This document shows, piece after piece, positions 7,233-16,831 of a stretch of DNA of 36,925 bases. The notes under the pieces were generated by a model. It did not search any database. It saw only the letters and a list, made by a program, of their open reading frames with translations, and was not told the DNA's origin. Source of the stretch: an uncultured virus (IMG/VR IMGVR_UViG_3300027798_000023). Its lineage: Duplodnaviria > Heunggongvirae > Uroviricota > Caudoviricetes. The first letter of the stretch is position 1; every line of letters begins with the position of its first letter. The stretch lies in IMG/VR virus record IMGVR_UViG_3300027798_000023; one strand, 5' to 3'. Made by a program: the position numbers and the translations under genes.

Positions 7233-9015
7233 ACAGACAATTACCGAGTGGTGCTTCGATAACGTCAACCTGTCTCAAGGTCTGACTCCTCGGCTAGATG
7301 CATCGATCACTCCGCACATGATCGGCCCGCTGAACTGGGCTTCGGATCATCGAATCAAGGAACTTCATTGGCTCTGGTCGCCCGGCGGAGGTAAGACCAC
7401 GGCTATTGAGGGTCTGACTCAATGGCGCATGGCTAATTCTCCATCTAACATTTTAGTCATTGGTCAGAAAGACGATACGGCCGAGCGTTGGATGGAAACG
7501 CGGTTATTGCCATCGATCAAGAAGAACCCAATGCTGAAGCATTTGTTGCCATCGCAAAGCGGGACTGACCGGCACAAGATTAGAAAGACAACGGTAATCT
7601 TCAACCACGGGTTTTATCTGGAGGCAGGTGGTAATGCCGAGTCTAACTTGCAGGAGAAATCCATGCCGTTGGTGATATTTGATGAGGCGTGGAAGACATC
7701 TGAGAAGCCAGGCAGGATACAGCAGGGCAAGCAGCGAACCCATGATAAGTGGAACGCTATGGTTTTGTTTGCTGGTCAAGCTGGGGAGACACATCACAGC
7801 GTTGAAAGCGATGATGCTTTGTGCGACCTGTTCCGCGAGTGGCGCAAAACTGACCAGAGGACATTCTGCTTTGAGTGCCAAGAATGCCACACGGTTCAGC
7901 CATTTAAATGGGATCAGATGAAGTGGGACAAGGTCGAGATACCCGGTTACGGCATTGATTGGACGAAGACTGGCGAGACGGTTAGGATGACTTGTTGCAA
8001 TCCAGACTGTAACACCGAATACCAAGACAACATCAAGAACAGAAGGATATTAGCAGAATCCGCTCTGAATAACCCTGCGACCATTGACGGTTATATGGTG
8101 ATGAATCCTAACGCCGAGAAGGGTTACGTTGGCGCACACGCAAACGCCATGAGCTACTGGAGGATTCCTTGGGTGAAGCTAGTTCAGCAATTTGAAGAAG
8201 CGATGGAGGCTAAGTATCGCGGCGATTTGACTTTGCTACAGGTCTTTGTTATGCAGCGGTTAGCAGAATTTTGGACACCTGTTGCTTACGAGAACAACAC
8301 CGAATTGACTGTGTCAGATTACAAAACATCGGATTTTGATAATGGAGAGTTGATCGACAACGAAGAATGCCGGTCATTGGCGGTTGATGTTCAGCAGAAC
8401 GACCTTTGGTTTACTGTAGGTGCGATGGGAGCTGGTGGCGTGTTGCAGATATTAAATTGCGGGCAGGCTCTGACATTTGATGAGATCGATAAGCTACGGG
8501 CTAAATACAAGATCAACCCAAAATACGTATTGGTTGACTCGAAATACCGGCAGAACTACGTCATTCAGAAATGTGCTGAATATGGATGGACGGCTTACCG
8601 GGGAGTGTTCCGCGATTCTTACGATATGGTGATTCGTGGATCCAAGACTAAGGTTTTGTATGATGGCCCAGTTCCAGTCCAATCTGGATCTGGAGCAAGA
8701 GCAAACGCGATCAACTTATGCGTGAACCCGTTGAAAGACGCTTTAGCTGAGATGAGAGCAGGTCGCATGGGCAAACTGATGATTCCATCTGATATCGACC
8801 CGCAATACAAAAAGCATTTGAACGCAGAGGTCAAACGTAAGGTTGTCGCTGGTCGAGATAAGAAAGAAGTTGAGATGTGGATAAGAATCAACAAAAGACC
8901 CAACCATATGCTCGATAACACGATGGCTCTAGTCGGAATAATGGTAATTCGCCAAATATTGAAGGTATATGAAATTAACGAAGAAGCAATTGAAATAAAA
9001 CAAGACGAAGAATAA
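7138..9015 (+). CDS. terL: Terminase large subunit (lambda GpA family)
   Basis: TPHM adenine-binding-like motif, Walker A GGGKTT, Walker B VIFDE, CQEC Zn ribbon, AVDVQ and NHMLD nuclease motifs. Confidence 0.9.
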   Translation: MKNTASSRNLETWLKTHPLMKRRVDGLKPRPKQTITEWCFDNVNLSQGLTPRLDASITPHMIGPLNWASDHRIKELHWLWSPGGGKTTAIEGLTQWRMANSPSNILVIGQKDDTAERWMETRLLPSIKKNPMLKHLLPSQSGTDRHKIRKTTVIFNHGFYLEAGGNAESNLQEKSMPLVIFDEAWKTSEKPGRIQQGKQRTHDKWNAMVLFAGQAGETHHSVESDDALCDLFREWRKTDQRTFCFECQECHTVQPFKWDQMKWDKVEIPGYGIDWTKTGETVRMTCCNPDCNTEYQDNIKNRRILAESALNNPATIDGYMVMNPNAEKGYVGAHANAMSYWRIPWVKLVQQFEEAMEAKYRGDLTLLQVFVMQRLAEFWTPVAYENNTELTVSDYKTSDFDNGELIDNEECRSLAVDVQQNDLWFTVGAMGAGGVLQILNCGQALTFDEIDKLRAKYKINPKYVLVDSKYRQNYVIQKCAEYGWTAYRGVFRDSYDMVIRGSKTKVLYDGPVPVQSGSGARANAINLCVNPLKDALAEMRAGRMGKLMIPSDIDPQYKKHLNAEVKRKVVAGRDKKEVEMWIRINKRPNHMLDNTMALVGIMVIRQILKVYEINEEAIEIKQDEE

Positions 9016-9056
9016 TACATATTGCCTAATTGTTAGATGTTTGCTATTTAATGCAC

Positions 9057-9332
9057 ATGGCAGATCCGTTGTTACTTGCACAAGGTTGGTGGGATAGGGC
9101 GCAGCGCGACCCTTCTTACGTAACCACTTTACAGAAAAAAGTGGATGAAATTGATGACGGGATCATCAATGGAACGGTTACTGGCGATATCGTGCAAGCT
9201 GGAAAAAACGGGTCTAACTACACCCAGCGCACCAACTATTCTCTTCAAGATCGAACCACCGCAATGCGTTGGGCGATTCAATGTATCAAGTCGGGAATTA
9301 GACCGTCAAGAAACCGTAAAATCATCTTTTGA
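9057..9332 (+). CDS. Head completion/adaptor (gpW position)
   Basis: Small gene between terL and portal, as in lambda; start 9051 or 9057. Confidence 0.55.
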   Translation: MADPLLLAQGWWDRAQRDPSYVTTLQKKVDEIDDGIINGTVTGDIVQAGKNGSNYTQRTNYSLQDRTTAMRWAIQCIKSGIRPSRNRKIIF

Positions 9333-9335
9333 TTT

Positions 9336-10850
9336 ATGTTAGTAGACCAATATGGAAATCCGTTAATTCGGCAAAGTTATAATCGAAGCACCGAAAACAG
9401 GGGCGTTGATCGTCCTTGGATTCCAACTAAGTTGGATAACATCGATAAACTTATCCCTTCTTACGATAGGAACACATTGGTCGCAGTATCCAGAATGCTA
9501 GTTGAAAACTGGGGGCCGGCTAGAAGCATTGCTCGCCAAATCCCGATGTATTCAGTTGGCAAGGCATGGAAACCATCACTTGAGACTTCAGATGACGCAA
9601 TCAAACTTGAAGCGGAATCTGTCATCCGCGAGCAGTTTTGCCGGATGGCTACGATGAAGGGTGATGATCTATCGACAGTTCTATACCACATGGCTCATCT
9701 TTTGATCCGTGATGGAGAATGCTTTTATTTGCTAACAGAATGGCAAAGCGGATTCCCAGCAATCCAAATTATCCCTGCTCATAGGATCGGTCAGCGTGAA
9801 AACGCAATCAATCCGATCGAAGAAGGTGCTTACAGGGGATACACAATCAACGAAGGCGTTATTCGCAATAAATACGGGGTTGTTATTGCTTACCGGTTAC
9901 TTGGGGAAACTGCGGACAAGGATCAAGATATCTCATCCTCATCGCTCAAGCACGTAATGGATTCGGATTACCCCGAAGCAAACCGTGGGTATCCAGCACT
10001 TAGCCATGCATTGAATGATGGACGCGATGCGTTGCAGGCTCACGAATGGGAGCGTTTGAATATGCTGGCGAGGTCGTCACATACGTTGATTGAGCATTCC
10101 GAGTCTGGAATCCCAGATGGTGACAGAACCAATGAATTCTTCAACGAAGCGGGTGGGGATAGCTCAAGCCCATCAAATTTGGGTATTACAACTAACACTT
10201 TGTTTGGCGGCACATACAAAACCGTTAGAGCCGGAACTGGATATAAACTGGAAAGCGTTAAGCACGACACACCTGGCGAAACATGGGAGTCATTTGGTGA
10301 CCGCATGATCCGCAAAATGTGTGCTGGTGTGCCTTGGCCGTTCTCCTTTATCTGGGAAGGTTCTAGCCGTGGTGGTGGAACTGCCGAGCGCAGGGATATC
10401 ATGCAGGCCCGCCAAGCTGTTGAGGATATGCAATCAATCATCGAAAAAGAAGCCAGATTGATTGTCGGATACGCCTACAAAAAGCTAGTCAAACTCGGAC
10501 GAGTTTCAGACACAGCTGATTGGTGGAAATGGTCATTCAGCAAACCACCTAAACTTACGGTCGATGACGGCCGAGTAACCAAAAGCAACCTTGAGTTGTG
10601 GAGAGCAGGCATCTTGAACGATGAAGACCTGCTCAACGACATGGGCAAAGACCATGACGAGCATTTTAGAAGTAGATTTAACCGTGCCGCCGACAAAGAA
10701 TTGATGTTTATCGAGGCGCAACAATCTAAAAACGTAAAATTGGATGAGCGATACAAGGGTATGTTCACTCCAAACGATATGAAAGATGTCGATTCACCAA
10801 TGGACGACGACACAACACAACAAGAAGACAATTTAGACGATGAGAATTGA
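9336..10850 (+). CDS. Portal protein (lambda family)
   Basis: MLVDQYGNP start, DGECF, IQIIPAHRI, GV..NKYG..IAY and RGYP motifs; synteny. Confidence 0.9.
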   Translation: MLVDQYGNPLIRQSYNRSTENRGVDRPWIPTKLDNIDKLIPSYDRNTLVAVSRMLVENWGPARSIARQIPMYSVGKAWKPSLETSDDAIKLEAESVIREQFCRMATMKGDDLSTVLYHMAHLLIRDGECFYLLTEWQSGFPAIQIIPAHRIGQRENAINPIEEGAYRGYTINEGVIRNKYGVVIAYRLLGETADKDQDISSSSLKHVMDSDYPEANRGYPALSHALNDGRDALQAHEWERLNMLARSSHTLIEHSESGIPDGDRTNEFFNEAGGDSSSPSNLGITTNTLFGGTYKTVRAGTGYKLESVKHDTPGETWESFGDRMIRKMCAGVPWPFSFIWEGSSRGGGTAERRDIMQARQAVEDMQSIIEKEARLIVGYAYKKLVKLGRVSDTADWWKWSFSKPPKLTVDDGRVTKSNLELWRAGILNDEDLLNDMGKDHDEHFRSRFNRAADKELMFIEAQQSKNVKLDERYKGMFTPNDMKDVDSPMDDDTTQQEDNLDDEN

Positions 10851-11667
10851 TAAATTAAGCATCCTTTCCGGGATCAGTAACGACATTTGGGCTATGGATG
10901 AGGACAAGGTTAAAACCTTTGCCTTGTCATGCATTGATGCATCAGAGAAAAGCGCAGATTCACTAGCAAAATTTTACCCGATGAAGTCGGAAATGAGCAT
11001 TGCCGCGCTTCCAATTGGAAAAGTAGCGATTATCCCAATCAAAGGATCGCTAATGAACAAAGCACCGGGCATCTACGAGGAACTCGGTTTGGTTACGACA
11101 TATAAAACGATCCAATCACAAACTCAGTTAGCTATCGAAGAAGGCGCAGTAGGAATCATTTACCACGTTGACTCACCCGGCGGAACAGTATCTGGATGCA
11201 TTGAAACCGCAGACATGATTGCTGGGCTTGGTGTTCCAACTGTCGCATATTGCGAATGGACTGCTTGTTCTGCCGCTTACTGGCTTGCATCGCAGACTGA
11301 TTACATCGTAACCGGCAAGTCAGCGAATATCGGCAACATCGGAGCCGTTTTAGCTTGGGCAGATTTGACCAAGTTCTGGGAATCGATGGGTGTTGAATTC
11401 AAAGCACTTGTCAGCGAAGGAGCATCGCTAAAAAGCACTTTCCACACAGAGCCTAATGAAGAACAGATTTCATTCCTCCAAGAATCAATTAACGAAGCAG
11501 GAAAATCATTTTCAGACTCTGTTGTGGTCGCTCGTCGCAAAGCCGGGATTGAAATGGATGACGAAGTATTTAAAGCTGGTTGGTATAGCGGGGAAAAAGC
11601 AATTTCGCTTGGTCTTGCTGATGATATCGGCACGTTGGAAAAAGCATTGGAATACTTTGTCGAATAA
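10840..11667 (+). CDS. Prohead protease, peptidase S49 family
   Basis: DSPGG, CSAAYWLAS, GNIGA and A..LGLAD motifs. Confidence 0.92.
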   Translation: MRIDKLSILSGISNDIWAMDEDKVKTFALSCIDASEKSADSLAKFYPMKSEMSIAALPIGKVAIIPIKGSLMNKAPGIYEELGLVTTYKTIQSQTQLAIEEGAVGIIYHVDSPGGTVSGCIETADMIAGLGVPTVAYCEWTACSAAYWLASQTDYIVTGKSANIGNIGAVLAWADLTKFWESMGVEFKALVSEGASLKSTFHTEPNEEQISFLQESINEAGKSFSDSVVVARRKAGIEMDDEVFKAGWYSGEKAISLGLADDIGTLEKALEYFVE

Positions 11668-11719
11668 TTTACTTGCACAATCTAACGGAATAACCTAACA
11701 ACATATAAATCAAAGAACC

Positions 11720-12124
11720 ATGTTTGAATCAAGATCCGATCTCAAAAACAAATTAGCAGCTGCTGAAGCAGATGTTACTCGCCTTGAAGCAGAACTTGCA
11801 CAATCCCAAGAGCAGGCACAGCTTGTAATTGAGAAAGATCAAGAAATCGCATCTCTTTCCGCTGAACTTCTTGAAATCAAAGCGGATCACGAAGCACTCA
11901 AAGCTGAAGCAGAAGCGGCCGAAGCAAAAACTTCAGACGAAGCCATCCAGGCACTTGTCACCGAAGAAATGGCTAAATGCTCGCACAAGCCAGTTGAGGA
12001 AATTCAAGCAGAAGACAACAAGCCTCAAGATTTCTACGCTCAATATCGCGAACTTCAGAAAACCAACCCACGGGCAGCTGCTCAATTCTGGGAGGAAAAT
12101 GAATCGTCAATCAAATCTCAATAA
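11720..12124 (+). CDS. Putative capsid scaffolding protein
   Basis: A/E-rich coiled coil between protease and capsid genes. Confidence 0.6.
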   Translation: MFESRSDLKNKLAAAEADVTRLEAELAQSQEQAQLVIEKDQEIASLSAELLEIKADHEALKAEAEAAEAKTSDEAIQALVTEEMAKCSHKPVEEIQAEDNKPQDFYAQYRELQKTNPRAAAQFWEENESSIKSQ

Positions 12125-12153
12125 TCACACCAAAAACTTAATTAACTAATTAT

Positions 12154-13044
12154 ATGGCAAACTCCACCACCGGCATCCAAGATGACATCATCGCCCGTAG
12201 CGTCCTTCAAGGATTTACTGCTGCGATTGCACCAATGGCCGCCCTTAACACCCTGTTCTCTGACGCAGCCGCTAACCGTGGCGATCGCGTTTCCGTTCCA
12301 CGTCTCGCATCCTCACTTGATGCTGCCGCAGACAAAGCTGTAGGCTCGGCTTACACCATCCAAGACATCGATTCCGATGCCGTTGAGATCGTTCTCAACA
12401 AGCACAAGTATGTTTCGATGGGTAACGACGATATCGAAGTTGCCAACAGTTCGGCACTTGTTCTTGAGCGTTACGGCGTTCGTAAAGGTAACCTACTCGC
12501 CAAAACCGTAGCACAAGACGTGTTCAGCGAAATCACCTTGGCTAACTTCGGTGCAGCCGCATTCACCGGCGCAGCATCTACCTTCGATGAAGATGATGTA
12601 GCTGACGTAGCAGATGTTTGCGACGACGACAATATGCCCGAAGACCGCTACCTGGTTCTCAGCAACGCTTACATCACCGCTCTTCGCAAATCTGGAGCAA
12701 TCAAAGACACCTCTGGCTACGGATACAACGCCATCCAAACTGGCAATATCCCAATGCTTCACGGATTCAAAATCATCCCATCGAACATCATCCCAGCAAA
12801 CGGTGAAAACCTTGTTGGATTCGCAACCGATGGATCCGGCATCGCTGCTGCATTCCGCTATCTTGCTCCACTTGGTGGCAACAAGTATGACCGTGCTGAA
12901 GCTATCGTTGGCGAAGGTGGTATCACCCTCGGACTCCGCAGCTGGTATTCCGAAGACTTCGGTAACTACCGTTCCGTCATGGAGTGTGTCTATGGTTACG
13001 AGACTGGCATCGCAGCCGGAATCAAACGCCTTGTCTCCGCTTAA
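12154..13044 (+). CDS. Major capsid protein (HK97 fold inferred)
   Basis: 296 aa; GDRVSVP, MPEDRYLV, G.IPMLHGFKI..SN and VYG motifs; biased codon use; downstream hairpin. Confidence 0.85.
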   Translation: MANSTTGIQDDIIARSVLQGFTAAIAPMAALNTLFSDAAANRGDRVSVPRLASSLDAAADKAVGSAYTIQDIDSDAVEIVLNKHKYVSMGNDDIEVANSSALVLERYGVRKGNLLAKTVAQDVFSEITLANFGAAAFTGAASTFDEDDVADVADVCDDDNMPEDRYLVLSNAYITALRKSGAIKDTSGYGYNAIQTGNIPMLHGFKIIPSNIIPANGENLVGFATDGSGIAAAFRYLAPLGGNKYDRAEAIVGEGGITLGLRSWYSEDFGNYRSVMECVYGYETGIAAGIKRLVSA

Positions 13045-13053
13045 TTCTTGAAC

Positions 13054-13083
13054 TTATGGGGCAGGGTAATTCCTGCCCCATAA
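13054..13083 (+). other. Perfect 12-bp stem-loop after the capsid gene (mRNA stabiliser or weak terminator)
   Basis: TTATGGGGCAGG/CCTGCCCCATAA; no U-tract. Confidence 0.7.
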
Positions 13084-13099
13084 TAAACCTAACAATAAA

Positions 13100-13333
13100 A
13101 TGGCAGCATACGCGTTACTCATCGGTATTAAAAACGGCAAGAAATCATTGGTAATTGATGGTTCTCCTGTCGAAGTAAGGAAGTTCTTCAAGCACTCAAG
13201 CGGTGAAGGATTCGATCAACTTGAAGTTATTGAATCTGGGGCCGGTAGAAGTCGCTCGAAAAAGTTCGTCAAAAACACTCCTCAAAGTGAAGAGAAGCAA
13301 CTGCCTAAAAAGGCAGCCAAAGCATCTAAATAA
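13100..13333 (+). CDS. Hypothetical basic protein
   Basis: 77 aa ORF between two hairpins. Confidence 0.7.
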   Translation: MAAYALLIGIKNGKKSLVIDGSPVEVRKFFKHSSGEGFDQLEVIESGAGRSRSKKFVKNTPQSEEKQLPKKAAKASK

Positions 13334-13363
13334 TTTTTTTGTAGTTCGTAGTTCGTATTGTTC

Positions 13364-13402
13364 AACAGCCTGCCCGCGAAAGTAGGCAGGCTGTTTACTT
13401 TT
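13364..13402 (+). terminator. Rho-independent terminator
   Basis: AACAGCCTGCC...GGCAGGCTGTT followed by TACTTTT. Confidence 0.75.
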
Positions 13403-13409
13403 AATCATT

Positions 13410-13736
13410 ATGGCATCTTTAGTTGATTTATTTATTCAAGGAGCAATCCCAGTCTCAAACGCTACAATTGGATCGACTGCCGTAACGCTTTCCAACGGAG
13501 TTGTATTGAACGGTGTATGGTCAACCATCGACACTACCTCAATGTCAGAGTTTGGCGGGGAACAACTTGAGTCCGCCGGGAGCGTGATTGTCCCAGCGTC
13601 TGCATCTATAACGATCAATCTTATCGGCAAAAGATGCACGTATAACAACATCAAGCTACAGGTATCTAGGGTCGAGGTTGGAACGACTGAGTCAACGATT
13701 TCATTCAAGCACGACACCGAGGGTATCAAGTTATGA
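13410..13736 (+). CDS. Putative head-tail joining protein (gpFII position)
   Basis: 108 aa, beta-rich, synteny. Confidence 0.55.
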   Translation: MASLVDLFIQGAIPVSNATIGSTAVTLSNGVVLNGVWSTIDTTSMSEFGGEQLESAGSVIVPASASITINLIGKRCTYNNIKLQVSRVEVGTTESTISFKHDTEGIKL

Positions 13737-14614
13737 AAGCGGTCGTAACCGTTAATATAAAGAAGTCTAACGATAAGACTCGGCTGATTAACGATAGCTT
13801 CCTCAAATCGATGGAAGCTAATTCAAAATTGGTTGCAAGAATGGCCGCGTTTCAGCTCCATAAATCAACGCTACCAGAGACATTCTCAATGCCTTGGAAT
13901 AAGGCTTTCGTGAAAATGAAGAATAAAATTCATGGAGACGTAAATTCAGCTTACGCCACAAAACAAGACGATGGATGGCAAGGCATCGCATTTAAATTGA
14001 TTCGTGATTACGTTAACGGTGACCGGGCTAAAAGGTGGTATACAAACTATAAAACAGGCGGTTTGGCTACGTTTGATGAGCGGACGGGAACATATGCTGA
14101 TTACGAAGAACAATTTGATCGCATGAGAGGAATTCCTCGGAAAGCAAGCCAAGAGGAATACTTAAATTATAGGAAGCAAAACAATTATAATGTTCCTAGA
14201 TCCGGCCCATCGCATAAAACTTTGGGTTTTGTTACTGAGGACAAAAGAAAGAAATTGCTAAACAATCGGCTCAAGACAGCTGGACTAGCCAAAGCTGGGT
14301 GGAAGGCTTGTTATCATTTAGCCGGTGGCAAGGGATTGAACGTCAGTCAGATGGGTTCAGAAGGGCAAAATAAATTCCCAGCTGAAATCAATGTTCCATA
14401 CAATCTGTTTGGAAAAACATCACTTGGCTCAGTAAGTCTTTCGCATAACAATACTGGATACCGTGGCAAACTAATAAACAGTATTAGGTATATGGAATAC
14501 GCATCCAACGAATCATTTTTCATTGTTGCTACGGAAATAGTTGAAAAATACATGAAAATCGTGTTTGAATTACGCAGAAAATCTTTGAGGACTAAATTGA
14601 AAAAGAGCGCATAA
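13733..14614 (+). CDS. Putative tail completion/neck protein
   Basis: Basic protein with GLAKAGW and N..RYMEYA motifs; synteny. Confidence 0.5.
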   Translation: MKAVVTVNIKKSNDKTRLINDSFLKSMEANSKLVARMAAFQLHKSTLPETFSMPWNKAFVKMKNKIHGDVNSAYATKQDDGWQGIAFKLIRDYVNGDRAKRWYTNYKTGGLATFDERTGTYADYEEQFDRMRGIPRKASQEEYLNYRKQNNYNVPRSGPSHKTLGFVTEDKRKKLLNNRLKTAGLAKAGWKACYHLAGGKGLNVSQMGSEGQNKFPAEINVPYNLFGKTSLGSVSLSHNNTGYRGKLINSIRYMEYASNESFFIVATEIVEKYMKIVFELRRKSLRTKLKKSA

Positions 14615-14617
14615 ATT

Positions 14618-15052
14618 ATGATACTACCAGACAGGATTAGCAAAGCAGTTGCAGACGCGATTAGAAGCGCCGGGGTTTCAGCCACCGTCCAAGGGGCTGT
14701 CGAGCCGTCTGTAAATGAGACGACATACGCCAAAATCGTGTCTCATGTGGTTTCTTGCAGCCAAAAAGCATTCATTTTAAAGGGAGTTTACGATGTAAAC
14801 GGTGAAGTCACCCTAGTCCAATCGATTGACGACACGACTCCAGAAGTCAAATTCAGAGCGGAATGTGAACGTCTGAGAGAAATTCTTAGTGACGAATCCC
14901 TAACAGTTGCTAATATAACGGCAAATGATAGTTATTTGCACATCTACAACAAGTCTTGGCAATTAACAGATATGCAACAAGATGCAGGAGAGCGTGGGTT
15001 TAAAGCCACATTCTCATGGAAAGCATTAGTAAGAGATACACTTAACACTTAG
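14618..15052 (+). CDS. Putative tail terminator
   Basis: 144 aa ORF immediately upstream of the tail tube candidate. Confidence 0.5.
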   Translation: MILPDRISKAVADAIRSAGVSATVQGAVEPSVNETTYAKIVSHVVSCSQKAFILKGVYDVNGEVTLVQSIDDTTPEVKFRAECERLREILSDESLTVANITANDSYLHIYNKSWQLTDMQQDAGERGFKATFSWKALVRDTLNT

Positions 15053-15060
15053 GAAAAAAT

Positions 15061-15438
15061 ATGTCAGCAACCACATACGGAGATATCAACTTCAGCTTGT
15101 CTGAAGAAACTGGTCTATATACAGAAACCGTCACTCAAGATATGAGCAACCAAGTGAGGGAAATTCCTTCCGCTGGTGGCGAAATCCTTGCTGGTGCTTT
15201 CTACGGTAACAAAGGAACCTTCTCTATGGAAGGTGCGCTCAAAACCGCCGCTTCTCCTACTTGGGAGCTTGGAGTAGCATTGATCTTGGCTAACGTCGCT
15301 GAATTTACTGTTCCAGGATACACCTCTGGTGCTACCTACGTCGTCACAAGTGCAAACGTGTCACTTGGAGCCGAATCCGAAGAGCGCAGAACAATCGGCG
15401 GGAATATCTATCCATTCCTTGAAGCTGAATCCACGTAA
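15061..15438 (+). CDS. Putative major tail tube protein
   Basis: 125 aa, S/T/G/A-rich and beta-rich; capsid-like codon bias; synteny. Confidence 0.6.
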   Translation: MSATTYGDINFSLSEETGLYTETVTQDMSNQVREIPSAGGEILAGAFYGNKGTFSMEGALKTAASPTWELGVALILANVAEFTVPGYTSGATYVVTSANVSLGAESEERRTIGGNIYPFLEAEST

Positions 15439-15455
15439 TCTAACTTGAATTCCAT

Positions 15456-16181
15456 ATGGCTACGATGATACAAGCCAAAACCAAGGATGTAAGGCTATTC
15501 GCTGCTGTTGTGGCGATGGGCATTCCTTGGAAACAAGAAACCGGCTCCATCTCTGGGGGTGAAAGGGCATGGTTATTTGGGGAAGTCAGCGATTGCGGCA
15601 AATGGAAGATCAAGGATTTGTTGAAATGGTGGAGGGACAGTAAATTCCACCATTCAAATCCAACTCATCCATTTAATATCGTAAAAAGCGTGATGGCCTC
15701 AGACCGAGGCGTTAAATCAGCCATAACTGCCCACAAAGGCATCGTGCAGCGTTCTACAGGACTGAGCATGGTTATTGAGCCGAGCGATGGTGTATCGAGC
15801 TACGCAAGCCCATTACGCGCAAATGACGACGTGTCATTGATTTCGGCTTTAAGTGGGTATGGATTCGAGATTAAAGAATGCCAGAATGTCGGGACTATCA
15901 GATTGTTCAGCGCATCCGAAAAGACTCAATTTGATGGATCCACATATGAGGCCGCAATCTCTTGGTGGCGCGATGCTTCATTTGAGAAGAACAATCCACA
16001 ACATCCGTTTGCTTACGCGAAATCGGCATCAATAACTTATTCTGCGGCAGTTGAAGCTATCAGAAAAGAAAGACCATTGATAAAATGGAGTCCAAAGGGA
16101 GCAACTGGATTTGCATACATCCACCCAGATTGCTCATCAGTAACAGAAAAGAAAGTTAGTGGATGGCTGAACAATCAATAA
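15456..16181 (+). CDS. Hypothetical protein with internal domain duplication
   Basis: WWRDSKFHHSNPTHPF and WWRDASFEKNNPQHPF. Confidence 0.7.
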   Translation: MATMIQAKTKDVRLFAAVVAMGIPWKQETGSISGGERAWLFGEVSDCGKWKIKDLLKWWRDSKFHHSNPTHPFNIVKSVMASDRGVKSAITAHKGIVQRSTGLSMVIEPSDGVSSYASPLRANDDVSLISALSGYGFEIKECQNVGTIRLFSASEKTQFDGSTYEAAISWWRDASFEKNNPQHPFAYAKSASITYSAAVEAIRKERPLIKWSPKGATGFAYIHPDCSSVTEKKVSGWLNNQ

Positions 16182-16185
16182 AAAT

Positions 16186-16572
16186 ATGAAATCAGATAAT
16201 AGAGACGATAAACTAGAGGAATCATTCATTTGCGGATCCAACAAATACAAGCCGTATGTTGTGGGCCGCACCAGAGTGCTACGCAAGCTCGGAAACCCGT
16301 TTTTCGGTGGCGAACCAGAGAACCCGGATGAATGGGACATGGATCGCAAACTTGGAACTGCCTGGGTGATCTTCAAAAGCGAATTCAACGCAATCCATAA
16401 ATTCATGGAGTTGCCAGAACCGCTTATCCAAATCGACAAAATCTGGCTTGAGGAAATGCATGATAGCGAAAAGGAATCCATCTACAAATGGATCATCAAA
16501 GAAGCCGGTTTAACTGAAGCAGCTCAGACCGAGCCTATTCAAGAAACGCGGGGAAAGCAACAAGCCGAATAA
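16186..16572 (+). CDS. Tail assembly chaperone (gpG equivalent)
   Basis: Upstream of tape measure; in-frame G GGA AAG slippery site near the 3' end. Confidence 0.75.
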   Translation: MKSDNRDDKLEESFICGSNKYKPYVVGRTRVLRKLGNPFFGGEPENPDEWDMDRKLGTAWVIFKSEFNAIHKFMELPEPLIQIDKIWLEEMHDSEKESIYKWIIKEAGLTEAAQTEPIQETRGKQQAE

Positions 16573-16829
16573 AGGGTGATAGACCGAACTGGCTATCTGT
16601 ATGGTGTCAGACTCTTTATGCGGCAAACGGAATAACAATGCATGATGCAATATGGGAAATACCAGAACACGTTGGATGGCAAATATTCCATAGTTACGAG
16701 CAATCCCAAGGCAACGCAAGAAAGTTCATGCACAAAATAACAAAAAATAAACAATCTAACCACGTTTTTGAGTCATTTCGTGATATTGTTATTCCAGATG
16801 ACGTAGAATCTGATACACTAAGAATATAG
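16551..16829 (+). CDS. -1 frameshift extension of the chaperone (gpT equivalent)
   Basis: -1 frame open from GGGAAAG (16551-16557) to stop at 16829, includes track ORF 16638..16829. Confidence 0.8.
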   Translation, partial: GKATSRIKGDRPNWLSVWCQTLYAANGITMHDAIWEIPEHVGWQIFHSYEQSQGNARKFMHKITKNKQSNHVFESFRDIVIPDDVESDTLRI

Positions 16830-16831
16830 TT

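Noticed and set aside
16638..16829. Independent 63-aa gene
   Set aside because: Better explained as the distal part of the -1 frameshift product.
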